64,000 nucleotides of DNA from a bacterium (GCA_965209155.1 OZ242383.1:1088001-1152000); one strand, 5' to 3'; shown: positions 21,210 to 31,406, counted from the stretch's first letter. A program made the numbers and translations. The notes: generated by a model not told the origin, from the letters alone.

Positions 21210-21907
21210 GTCACCGTAAAGAACTGACTTATAGTGGTTTCGAGCCACCTTTCGTCATTCCTCCGGCACAGATCCGGACGTGCGCTACTAACGCATCCGG
21301 CTCCTGCCTCGAGTCAGACGCTCAAAAGTTGATTCGCCGTTTGGCGTACCCTGTCTAGGCCACTCTCTGATTTTACCGGACTCTGGGTTCCGGGCACAGG
21401 AGGGTAAGCAGAATTTCTCTCGGCCAAGTCCCTTGGCTCCACTAGCTCCGTTGATTTCCTTTGCATTGTTAGATCTCTGCAAGTGATTTCATTGTTCGCC
21501 GCTTCATCGCTACTGTGAACTTGTCCGACTTCCTGAAAACTTGGATGCCGGGGTTATTTATTAATTTTCCGGCCCGACTGCCAAGGGAACATTGACAGTC
21601 ATCTTCAGGATCTCCCAGGTTCCGATCAAGAAACTTCCACACATGCACCGGGTCTTTGACTCCGCCAGGCCCAACCGGGACTCACGCTAGCGCCTTCGGT
21701 TGATATTGCCTTCCCCACCAGGCTACAGGGTCGGCACCTGAAACTATGATTTCGGAGCTCAATAACCGAGCCTATGCGCTCCCCTGTCAACGTTTAGCGC
21801 TTATCCTTACGGATAACCACCCATGACTTGGGGCCTCGGCGGGTCGTTACTGCCTTACCGAGTAAGAGACTTTCACTCTCTATTTCTTGCCAGCTTTCCT
21901 GGCGCAC
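21210..21907 (-). ncRNA. ORF-less group II intron, copy 3 (698 nt)
   Basis: Near-identical to copies 1 and 2. Confidence 0.9.
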
Positions 21908-22017
21908 AGCCAGACCCCCTTTGTAAACTCCAAATTTCACACTTGCGCGTTTTTCTATAGATTGGCATCATAAAATGACAATCCAATGTATTTTGTCATG
22001 CAACCGATGAAAGGAAA

Positions 22018-22600
22018 ATGATAAACTGGCATCGCCTTTTTGGCTTGGCGCTTACCGATTTTTTTACCGATTCCACCTGGGTTGTAGAGTTGGAAAAGGA
22101 TCTGTCTCTCAAAAGACAGCTGCTGGATGTCGTCATTTTGAGGAAAGCGACAGGTCACCTGATCGAGCCCTTGCCGGATGGTTTGGACAATCTGAGGCAA
22201 TACAATCTGCTCAGTTACAAATCTCTGAGAGAGCCCTTTGATGATTGGGCCTTGAAAGAACTGACCGGGCATTATGTGAATTATCGAAAGCAGATCAGTC
22301 CTTCGTTTCAGGACCTGTTACCTGAAGAGGAATTTCAACTCTATATTAAATCAACTCTTTGAGAACTATCAATTGGAGGGATTAGAGATGGCCTATACGA
22401 TGAAAGATTTTCAAAAAGATTATGTACGCGAGCATTTAGGTGTACTTTCAACCGATGAGGTCCTCAAACGGTTTTCGACCGATGAGGTCCTCAAACGGTT
22501 TTCGACCGATGAGGTCCTCAAACGCTTTTCTCTGGAAGAGATTCAGAAATATCTGGAAAAGAAGCAAAAGCGAAATCGAGCAAATGCCCCACATAAATAG
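22018..22600 (+). pseudogene. Rpn-like gene copy 3 with a 230-bp frameshifting deletion; C-terminal ORF 22388-22600 intact
   Basis: Lacks the equivalent of 12161-12390. Confidence 0.85.
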
Positions 22601-22768
22601 GTTTATTCTTGCTGAAGCGCTTCGAGCCGCTCGTCGAAGGGGATGACATACCCCTTTAAACCTATCCCATTCCACCCATTGGTTTCGACTCGGCCCACCC
22701 CCTGAAGTAGATCTCGTTAACTGTCTCCAGATCCAGTGCCTTCTACAGTTTTGGTATCAATCATTTTC

Positions 22769-23031
22769 GGTGTCTGGCTTGAATGTTTGAAACTTCAAGC
22801 AAGTATTTGATGTTTCAGTTCTTCTGATTGAATTTGGAGCCCCTGGGATTCCTTCAAACGTTGTCTCAACCGGTGCACTGCAAAGCGGATCGTCGAATCA
22901 TCTCGATTGAAAACTTTTCCGACCTCCCGAATCGTTGCGGACTTCCAATCGAAAGGCAACAGGCCAATCATCACACGGGCATCACTCAACTTTTGTGACT
23001 GTCCGGCACTTCTTAATTCCTGCTCCTGTAG
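22769..23031 (-). mobile_element. RAYT/Y1-transposase remnant copy 6 (left part only, no REP module)
   Basis: Left inverted repeat; LQEQELRSAGQSQKLSDARVMIGLL. Confidence 0.8.
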
Positions 23032-23068
23032 CGGATCTTCACCCCTGATGATTAGGGGTGAAGATCCG
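23032..23068. repeat. Perfect 15-bp-stem hairpin
   Basis: CGGATCTTCACCCCT-gatgatt-AGGGGTGAAGATCCG. Confidence 0.9.
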
Positions 23069-23357
23069 TTGAAAGATCGCAAGGAACGTCGTCTCCACAC
23101 CACCGACATCCGCACTTACTGCCGGATGGTGACTACCATCGAACGAACAATCACAATCCAGCAACAACTGGATGACCTCTACCCCATTGTGGAGCAGAAT
23201 ATTCTACAAGTTGCTTGTTAAACAAAATCCAAGACCGCGCTATCCTTTTTAAAAACTCGCTGCCCAGGTGGAGTTCCAGGCGACAGAATAGGGAGTCTAT
23301 GGGATTCAGCGTGGGAGTGATCTCATTCGGATGATTGTACCGAGTGAGATCGCTCAT
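23068..23357 (+). pseudogene. Diverged duplicate of 6292-6582 (RM gene 3' end plus Rpn-like fragment)
   Basis: LKDRKERRLHTTDIRTYCRMVT...EQNILQVAC* matches the RM C-terminus. Confidence 0.85.
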
Positions 23358-23497
23358 AGCACACCTTCGCTTGGTTCGGCGGATTCAGAAGACTATCCAA
23401 AGATTTTGAAATCCTCACAAACACTGCTGAAAATATGATTCGTATTGCCATGATCAAAGTGACCTTAGCAAAGTGTCTTATTTAACCAAACGGTTTC
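23358..23497 (+). pseudogene. IS5-family transposase C-terminal fragment
   Basis: TFAWFGGFRRLSKDFEILTNTAENMIRIAMIK. Confidence 0.8.
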
Positions 23498-23800
23498 TTA
23501 GAGAGTAGGGTTTCCGCTTCGCTCATAAGGCTCACGTCCCAGATGTTCGCTCAGTTCCGCCTTCATGAATTTGGAAAGATAAATACTAACTTGATGGCTA
23601 ATCTCCACTCGCAACAGCTCCAACCATTCATCCGGGCTTTGAAGAGTATTGAACATTTCCTTAAATTCCGTTACGGTCCATTCCAATTTCATTGGGCTTT
23701 CTCCTTATAGAAGGTATATATTTGACATCATCAAACCTACCGGGAAAGTCCCATGGATTCAAGCCCTTCTCAGTTTCACATTATTTAATTTACATTTTCC
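23498..23800 (-). pseudogene. IS256-family transposase N-terminal fragment with probable left end
   Basis: MKAELSEHLGREPYER. Confidence 0.65.
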
Positions 23801-23861
23801 TGATTGTGCTTGTTACAGAAAAGGTATCCATTTCATTTATTGCCAATTGGAATTACTCCGC

Positions 23862-24545
23862 ATGGAACGAAATAAACTATACGTGGCTCTGTTTGCCGAA
23901 TGGCTGGGAACCGCCCTGCTACTCGCAACTGTCATCGGTTCAGGAATCATGGCTGAAACCTTGGCCGGCGGAAATGTCGCAATTGCGCTACTGGCCAATA
24001 CAATTGCCACCGGTGCTATCCTGGTGGTTCTGATCACAATGCTCGGCCCCTTATCCGGCGCACACTTCAATCCTGCGGTTTCGCTGGTATTCGCACTCAA
24101 ACGGGACATTACCTGGTCTGTATTCGGAGCCTACATCGGATTGCAGATACTAGGAGGAATTGCGGGCATGCTGGCCGCTCACCTGATGTTTGAAGAACCG
24201 ATTTTTCAGTTGTCCGAAAAAATAAGGACCGGTGGGTCCCAATGGTTCTCCGAAGGTGTCGCTACATTCGGGCTGGTACTTGCAATACTTGCAACTCTAC
24301 GCGCCCGACCTTCTGCCGTACCGATGGCTGTAGGACTCTATATTACCGCAGCATACTGGTTTACCGCATCGACGTCATTCGCAAATCCAGCAGTAACAAT
24401 CGCGCGCAGTCTGACTGATACGTTTTCCGGAATCTACCCGGCACACGCTCCCATGTTCATCGCCGCTCAACTGATAGGTGCGGTTGTTGCTCTGATGGCA
24501 TGCAATAGGCTTTACGGGAAGAAACGTTCGGAACCCGATGACTGA
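23862..24545 (+). CDS. MIP/aquaporin family channel (AqpS-like)
   Basis: AEWLGT, SGAHFNPAVS and STSFANPAVT motifs. Confidence 0.9.
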   Translation: MERNKLYVALFAEWLGTALLLATVIGSGIMAETLAGGNVAIALLANTIATGAILVVLITMLGPLSGAHFNPAVSLVFALKRDITWSVFGAYIGLQILGGIAGMLAAHLMFEEPIFQLSEKIRTGGSQWFSEGVATFGLVLAILATLRARPSAVPMAVGLYITAAYWFTASTSFANPAVTIARSLTDTFSGIYPAHAPMFIAAQLIGAVVALMACNRLYGKKRSEPDD

Positions 24546-24582
24546 TATGCTCAGTTCCGGGCTCCGATTCCGTAGTTGAAAT

Positions 24583-25299
24583 GGGGTCTGGCTTGAATGT
24601 TTGAAACTTTAAGCAAGTATTTGACGTTTCAGTTCCTCTGTTTGATTTTGGAGACCCCCGGATTCCTTCAATCGTTGTTTCAACTGGTGTACTGCAGAGT
24701 GTATCGTCGAATCATCTCGATTGAAAACTTTTCCGACCTCCCGAATCGATGCGGACTTCCAATCGAAAGCCAACAGGCCAATCATCGCGCGGGCTTCACT
24801 CAACTTTCACGACTGCAGAGAAACCGTGTCATTCCTGGCTTGACCAGGAATCCAGAGGTAGGCAGCCAGACTGAAATCCGGATTCCGGGTCTTCGCCCGG
24901 AATGACATATACGCCAGGATACTCCTATTTTTGAAGATTTGTGTCGAAATCGGGTTAATTCATTCTCCTGTAGTGGATAAACTCGAGCCACTGGATGAAT
25001 GATCCGTCCTGAAAGAGGAGGAGTACAAGGAGGAACATGATTGCTCATTAAACAAAAGGCGTGAATCCGGTGATCAAAGCGTTGGAGAGCTTCTGGGAGC
25101 AAGTGATAGAATGGTCGATAGCCGGAGGGACTGAAAAAATGGATTGCCCTCCATTGCCACGAAGTATCACATGGTAAAACGCACCAGGATAGTAAAGGCG
25201 TGGTTGACGAGCCACCTTCAGAAAGTAGCGAGAAGGAATGTCAAATCGTTTTAAAGAAAAAAATTACGCTAATATTCCAAACTTGCAAGCCAGCCCCCC
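24583..25299 (-). mobile_element. RAYT/Y1-transposase remnant copy 7 (both inverted repeats)
   Basis: GGGGTCTGGCTTGAATG...CAAACTTGCAAGCCAGCCCCC. Confidence 0.85.
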
Positions 25300-25724
25300 T
25301 TTAGGACGGGGTGATTTCTTGAAAATAGATATCATACCAGAAGCCGACTATTATGGTGGACAAGACTGGATTGGATTTGAAGGCGGACTTGTAGCCTCTT
25401 TAGGGATCAGGGGTCAAATCATATCGCACACGATAAAGGCTCCACGATAGAATGAACCAGGCCAGCAATTCACCCCTCGCTTATTTATGTAACGATGTGT
25501 TGCCACTTTCAATCCAATATTGAGGGTTGGCTTTTTCGGTCGCAAGGTATATGTAACTAAACTAAAAATCAGGTCAAGCTTGAAAGATTGGAAATTTATG
25601 AGTGGAATACGTATTGGATGGATTGCGCATTCAGCAGATTAAAGGGCCATCGCCTTGTTTCCATTTAATTGTGTTATAAGAGGAATAGAAAATCCATCAC
25701 TCCATGATCAGAAGGCTTTAAAAA

Positions 25725-27146
25725 GTGCAACAATATACTTTATTCCCTGACGATGTGTTTGTTCCGGTCTCCCCGAACGGTGGATTGACCCGTGAACGAG
25801 CGGACCTGCATCGACGATTTGCAGATCGAGTGTCGGTGAACCCGTACTTCTCTCGAAAAATTGTGTCCTACCAGGGCAATAAAGAATCTGTGGGATTTCG
25901 CTGGATGAAGTACAAAGAGGGATTTTCCACCACGCTCGTCCGACAGCTTATCCAGTCGGGAAAAGGGACAGAGGTCCTCGATCCCTTTTCAGGAATTGGC
26001 ACGACTGCTCTGACAGCGATGAGTATGGGGTTGCCGGGGACTGGCATTGAGATTTTACCCTTGGGGAATATGGTTGCGCACGCAGTGGCTTATGCTGCCA
26101 ATAGGCTGTCTGTTCAAGAGTTTTGCCGCGTTTCTCAAGCCTTACTTCATGCCATCACGCATCATGACTATGATGACCAATATGCGCTTCAACATGTTCG
26201 GATTACAAAAGGGGCCTTTCCCTATCGTACTGGATGCGAAATAGCCAAGGCCAGGAAATTCATAGCTCAGCTGAACGACCCGGGGCTTTCAAAGATGTTA
26301 AATCTTGCTTGTCTGAGTGTTCTGGAAGACGTCAGCTATACGCGGAAAGACGGGCAGTTCTTGCGGTGGGACCCTCGCTCCGGAAGAACCGTTTCAACAA
26401 AGCTGGACAAGGGACGAGTTCCGTCTCTTTCGACGGCCCTCACCGTCCGGCTTCGACAGATTGCGCAAGACTTGTCCCCATTGAAAAAGTCTTATGCCGG
26501 CCCAAACCCGACATTCATTGCGGGCTCTAGTTTGACGGAGTTGCAAAAGCTGAATGAAGATCAGTTTGATTGTGTCGTCACCTCTCCCCCGTATGCGAAC
26601 CGGTATGATTACACAAGGACCTACGCGCTTGAACTGGTTTATCTCGATTATAATGAGTTACAGATCAAAAACTTACGACAAGCACTACTCTCGGCGACGG
26701 TAGAGAACCGTTCTAAAAAGGCCTCACTTCGTGCTACGTACCAGAATGCTCAGGATCTTGAGCATGCATTTCAAATGGTTGATGAACAAGCCGCATTGCA
26801 GGAAATCCTTTCCGTGTTGCGAAATCATGGTTCGGAACTGAGTAATCCTAATGTTGTCTCTCTTTTAGAGAACTATTTCACTGAAATGGCCGTAATCGTG
26901 CAGGAACTTGGGCGCGTTGTGAGACCAGGGGGTAACGTGTTTATGGTAAATGACAATGTGCAATATCACGGTGAAGAAGTGCCAGTCGACCTGATTTTGT
27001 CGGACTTTGCCGAACAGTCCGGATTCCGCTGCGCCGCAATTTGGATGCTGAAGCAGGGCAAAGGGAATTCCAGCCAGCAGATGGGGAAATTCGGACGGCG
27101 TGAAATCAGGAAATGCGTCTATCGGTGGGTCAAAACCAATGGTTGA
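25725..27146 (+). CDS. Type II DNA methyltransferase (N4-cytosine type)
   Basis: YKEGFS, LDPFSGIGTT, TSPPYANRYDY, KGNSSQQM. Confidence 0.9.
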   Translation: MQQYTLFPDDVFVPVSPNGGLTRERADLHRRFADRVSVNPYFSRKIVSYQGNKESVGFRWMKYKEGFSTTLVRQLIQSGKGTEVLDPFSGIGTTALTAMSMGLPGTGIEILPLGNMVAHAVAYAANRLSVQEFCRVSQALLHAITHHDYDDQYALQHVRITKGAFPYRTGCEIAKARKFIAQLNDPGLSKMLNLACLSVLEDVSYTRKDGQFLRWDPRSGRTVSTKLDKGRVPSLSTALTVRLRQIAQDLSPLKKSYAGPNPTFIAGSSLTELQKLNEDQFDCVVTSPPYANRYDYTRTYALELVYLDYNELQIKNLRQALLSATVENRSKKASLRATYQNAQDLEHAFQMVDEQAALQEILSVLRNHGSELSNPNVVSLLENYFTEMAVIVQELGRVVRPGGNVFMVNDNVQYHGEEVPVDLILSDFAEQSGFRCAAIWMLKQGKGNSSQQMGKFGRREIRKCVYRWVKTNG

Positions 27147-28095
27147 TGCAAAACAAAGCAATGCTCAGGAACGGGCCTTGATCTTGTCTAAGGCACTCAA
27201 ACGCCGGAATGACATTCGTATCCGTACGTTGATTGAGAATTTTACTGGTGATCTGAACTACCTGAAGCTTGGGTTGAAAGAACTCGCCATCTCAGGTGAG
27301 GCGTGGAAGTGCATTCAACAATTAGAAGTGGAGCCGAGAATAGTATTTGTCCACCCTGACTTACTACAACAACATCCCGATGCCTCTCTCTATTATCGTG
27401 GAATTGCGACTTTGTCCCTGAAACGAGTAAGCGACATGGTGACGAATGTAGACAGTTGGGAAAATCCAAAAAGAAATAAACCGCGAACACCAAAACGAAA
27501 TACGGTCCTCGGAATCACACGGCTATACAATGCTGTGATTTCTTCCATCATCGAAGGAACGGATAAATGGACACTGGAAAATGGCTACCGCAACATCCTG
27601 GCGACCATTGGCATCACCCAAGACGGAAAAATGCGGAATATCATCGGACAGGAAGCAGAGCGTGCGATTCAAGAGAAGCTGTTCCAATGGATTGCAGACA
27701 TAAAGATCCCCTGTGAGCAACAAGGACGATGGTACCTGCTTGGCGAAGCAAAAACCCTTCGGATGGCCTACGGCTCCGAACCTGATATTCTGTTTGAAAA
27801 ATACAACATGCAGACTCAAACCTGGATACAGGAAGTGACCATTGAAATTAAAGGCGGAACGGACCCGGCAGGGGCTTTGGAACGATTGGGGGCAATTAAA
27901 AAGAGTTTTGATCAAACTCACGCGCGAACAGAAAATATTGCCATACTGGGTGTGGTTACTAACGCAATGCGGGTAGAGTTGAATGAATTGAAAATTACGG
28001 ATTTCGACCTGTATGACCTTATCCATTCCAAGGAAGGATGGGACGAGTTTATAGTTGAGTTATTCTATCATAAACTACGACTTCTCTCCCCCTAG
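27139..28095 (+). CDS. Type II restriction endonuclease, XcyI-family-like
   Basis: SEPDI...IEIKGGTDPAGALERLG PD-(D/E)XK motif; overlaps the methyltransferase stop. Confidence 0.75.
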   Translation: MVDAKQSNAQERALILSKALKRRNDIRIRTLIENFTGDLNYLKLGLKELAISGEAWKCIQQLEVEPRIVFVHPDLLQQHPDASLYYRGIATLSLKRVSDMVTNVDSWENPKRNKPRTPKRNTVLGITRLYNAVISSIIEGTDKWTLENGYRNILATIGITQDGKMRNIIGQEAERAIQEKLFQWIADIKIPCEQQGRWYLLGEAKTLRMAYGSEPDILFEKYNMQTQTWIQEVTIEIKGGTDPAGALERLGAIKKSFDQTHARTENIAILGVVTNAMRVELNELKITDFDLYDLIHSKEGWDEFIVELFYHKLRLLSP

Positions 28096-28108
28096 AGGAA
28101 AAGTAAAA

Positions 28109-28825
28109 GGGGTCAGGCTTGGAAGTTTGAAATATCAAGCAAGCATTTGACGTTTCCGTTCCTCTGATTGATTTTGGAGCCCCTCGGATGCTTTCAATCG
28201 TTGTTTCAACTGGTGCACGGCAAAGTGGATCGTCGAATCATCTCGATTGAAAACTTTTCCGACCTCCCGAATCGTTGCGGACTTCCAATCGAAAGCCAAT
28301 ATGCCAATCATCGCGCGGGCTTCACTCAACTTTCATGACTGCAGAGAAACCGTGTCATTCCTGGCTTGACCAGGAATCCAGAGGTATACAGCCAGACTGA
28401 AATCTGGGTTCCGGGTCTTAGCCCGGAATGACATATACGCCAGGATACTCCTATTATTGAAGATTTATGTCGAACTCGGGTTAATTCATTCTCTGGTTGT
28501 TGATAAACTCGAGCCACTGGATGAATGATCCGTCCTGAAAGAGGAGGAGTACAAAGAGGAACATGATTGCTCATTAAACAATAGGCGTGAATCCGGTGAT
28601 CAAAGCATTGGGAAGCTTCTGGGAGCAAGTGATAAAATAGTCGATAGTCGGTGGGACTGAAATATATGGATTGCCCTCCATTGCCACGAAGCATCACATG
28701 GTAAAAAGCACCAGGATAGTAAAGGCGTGGTTGACGAGCCACCTTCAGAAACAAGCGAGAAGGAAAGTCAAATCGATTTAAAGAAAAAATAACGCTACTT
28801 TTCCAAACTTTCAAGCCAGACCCCC
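28109..28825 (-). mobile_element. RAYT/Y1-transposase remnant copy 8 (both inverted repeats; best reference copy)
   Basis: GGGGTCAGGCTTGGAAGTTTG...CAAACTTTCAAGCCAGACCCC; ARQPRLYYPGAFYHVMLRGNGGQSIYF...HRIHAYCLMSNHV. Confidence 0.9.
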
Positions 28826-28855
28826 TTTCCGAATATTTGGGATAAATAAACTACG

Positions 28856-29947
28856 CTACGCCGCTAACTCGCGGAGGTGGCAAGCAGGACCTAATGTCTC
28901 GACCTCCCATTGCATACGAGAATGGATCGGCTTCCTTAAACGAATTGCTCCGGATGACAAAACCTGCTGGCGTAGTTTAACGCCTGATTCACGGATTGTA
29001 CGAGCAATGGTATTGTTTTTGCCCACAGGTGACCGGGAGAGAGAATCATGCTTTGCCGTGATATATGAATTTTCCGTTTTTTTGAGAATCCGATTTACAT
29101 CTTGCTGCGTTGGTAAGATTCCCCCACCCTTTTGCCAAGGTGTGAGTACGGCGAAAGGTTCAGGTTCCAACATCAGTTTCCATACATTCGACACATGAGC
29201 ATTTTTCGAACCATGATGGGGAACCTTGAATATCGATGCCTTGCCGGTCGGCCGTGCCGGATTTTGTAGAATTCTTATCTAACCCTTCTTTTCCAAATCT
29301 GAACCGAGCAGTATTCCAACATCATCTACTTCAACCCAAAGCGCAACTGCGGCTTCATTAGGATAAATAGAAGGTATTCGATTCTTTACCTGGCCTACGC
29401 CGGGAAACAGAGTACCTACTGATTGCAAGAATTTTCGGATAGCAGAATCGTCAGGAGAAAGCGACCATATTTCGCATTTGTTTTTGATAAAAATACGTCG
29501 ATTTGCAAGCGCGAAAGTCGGCTGTGATGCTCTGGATTCAAGTTGTGTGAATATACGGTGTAATTCCTGGACCCTGGAACCGTTAACTGAAAGGTGGCGA
29601 CCTTCCAAGGCGTCAATGGCGGCAAGAAATTCTTGTTTGCAGAGCGCGAGAGCGCAACAGAAACTGGCGTTACAGCAGACTTCGACCAATTCGTTCATCC
29701 CGCGTATATGATCATCATGCCAGTGAGTCGCAACTATTTGTTTTACTGCTTGCGCTGGGTCAACATTGATGCTGTCCAGATATTTCAAAGCTCTTGGATT
29801 TCCCTCCTTGTCGATGCAAGAATCGATGATAACCCAGCAACCGCCACCAATATGCAGGACAAGGCTTTCTCCGTAACCCGGGCCGAACAATGTGACCTCA
29901 AATTCATTTTGGTGTGGTGCGCTTCTCACTGATCGGGTTCCCATCAC
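28856..29947 (-). pseudogene. MBL-fold metallo-hydrolase (ComEC/Rec2-like) split by one in-frame TAG
   Basis: THWHDDH; the frame continues after TAG at 29279-29281 into KVPHHGS. Confidence 0.85.
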
Positions 29948-30570
29948 GACTTAAACGCTTCCATGATTTTATGCGCCCACTTTTCCCCTTTTCGTAAGTC
30001 GGTCTTGGTTATTGCGGGTAAATTGCGAAATACGATGTGGGAGACACGTTTCTTAGTTCCTGACAACGATAGTTCGTAACCAATCACCCATCGAAAAATA
30101 CTTCCAACCTGCATCTTTGAGGCATCCTCTTCCGATATCTCGTCGATAGTGATATCTGCTTCATATTTCTCATATGATTCACCAACCGTTATGTCGATCA
30201 AATATGCAGCGAATTTCGTATCATTGATTTCGGTGACATAGCCTTCCCATTCTTGAAGTGCGTGTAAGGTCACGGCAGGATGATGACGCGGTTTCGGAAA
30301 GTTTACAACTTTGGCGATGTCGAGGATTTGTGTAACCTGTCCCTGGTCTACAAATGTAGGTTGGGGGTTCCTATCTCCGTGAGGCTCATATTCGTTTGTT
30401 GATGAGGCAGCATCCGTATTATTTGATATTAATTTTTTAATTGCCTCATCGGGGGTTTTAACATCATCCTGAGTGAGAGCTATATAAGAACTGATATTCT
30501 GCTCTGAAGGTGCGATGTTTGGTGTCGAAGTTGATTGACTGACTATTGGCATGAAACTAATCCTCGTCAC
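29944..30570 (-). CDS. Hypothetical protein
   Basis: 208 aa overlapping both neighbours; LQEWEGYV...GSIFRWVIG. Confidence 0.75.
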   Translation of the reverse strand: MTRISFMPIVSQSTSTPNIAPSEQNISSYIALTQDDVKTPDEAIKKLISNNTDAASSTNEYEPHGDRNPQPTFVDQGQVTQILDIAKVVNFPKPRHHPAVTLHALQEWEGYVTEINDTKFAAYLIDITVGESYEKYEADITIDEISEEDASKMQVGSIFRWVIGYELSLSGTKKRVSHIVFRNLPAITKTDLRKGEKWAHKIMEAFKS

Positions 30571-31273
30571 TTTTTGCCAATGACATAATGTGATTGATTA
30601 TCACTTCACTACGCCGTATGGATGTATCAAAGTTTACTTCAAGTAATCCCATTAAATCCTCTACTGTTCCAGGGCCGGTTTTGTCAGTTACGTAGTGATC
30701 GTTGACATGGACGAATACTCCTTTTTGTCCGTCACCCACCCGGCGAGATGGTTCAACCTTAACGTTGATTTGTCCTCCTACAGCCCTTCCTTCGGGATTT
30801 ATTTGTGTCATGGTCAGAGATGTCATTCCACCATTTTTGCCATCTGTGCCGAGTTCCTTACTCCAATCTCCCCATGACTCCACGGGTGCCAACGTTCTTC
30901 CAATACGATCTCGCTCAACTAAATTCTTCACTTGAAAATGAATTTCACGATTGATACCGAATGCTTTGAGAGGCGTATGGTATAGGTATTCCTTGAAAGC
31001 TCGCACGACTAAATCACATACACGAATATGAGGTGCCTGAGAGGTACTAGCCGAAAATCTTTCTGTCTCAACCTGCAGGCTGAGCCAATCTGTGTTAAAT
31101 ATTGTTAACCACTGATTCACTATCTGTAAATTCGCGCTCTCCGTAACGCTTTTTGGAAGTAAATCATACAGTACAAACCAGGCGGGAGTGAAAATTACCG
31201 GATTAAAATTACCGAGAATGACTATGTTGACTCCGCTGATGTCAGGTTCAATTCGCATGTCAGTTACTCTCAT
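30557..31273 (-). CDS. Conserved hypothetical protein (possibly TIGR04255-related)
   Basis: 238 aa; IVILGNFNPVIFTPAWF, HTPLKAFGIN, VNDHY. Confidence 0.7.
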   Translation of the reverse strand: MRVTDMRIEPDISGVNIVILGNFNPVIFTPAWFVLYDLLPKSVTESANLQIVNQWLTIFNTDWLSLQVETERFSASTSQAPHIRVCDLVVRAFKEYLYHTPLKAFGINREIHFQVKNLVERDRIGRTLAPVESWGDWSKELGTDGKNGGMTSLTMTQINPEGRAVGGQINVKVEPSRRVGDGQKGVFVHVNDHYVTDKTGPGTVEDLMGLLEVNFDTSIRRSEVIINHIMSLAKSDED

Positions 31274-31406
31274 GATGTCTCATTTATCGTATGCAACTAA
31301 ATCGTTTCTTATGAAAATCATGAATATACAAAAAACCTAACATTTAAAATAAGATGTGTAAATAGAATTTTATTCTCTTTCACCAGCGCTTTTTTGTATT
31401 CGTATC

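Noticed and set aside
11026..21907. Diversity-generating retroelement or retron
   Set aside because: There is no reverse transcriptase ORF in the window, and differences between repeat copies are not adenine-specific.
29279..29281. Pyrrolysine or stop-codon recoding
   Set aside because: TAG is a normal stop elsewhere in the window (e.g. 163-165 and 28093-28095), no pyl genes are visible, and a TGG>TAG mutation is simpler.
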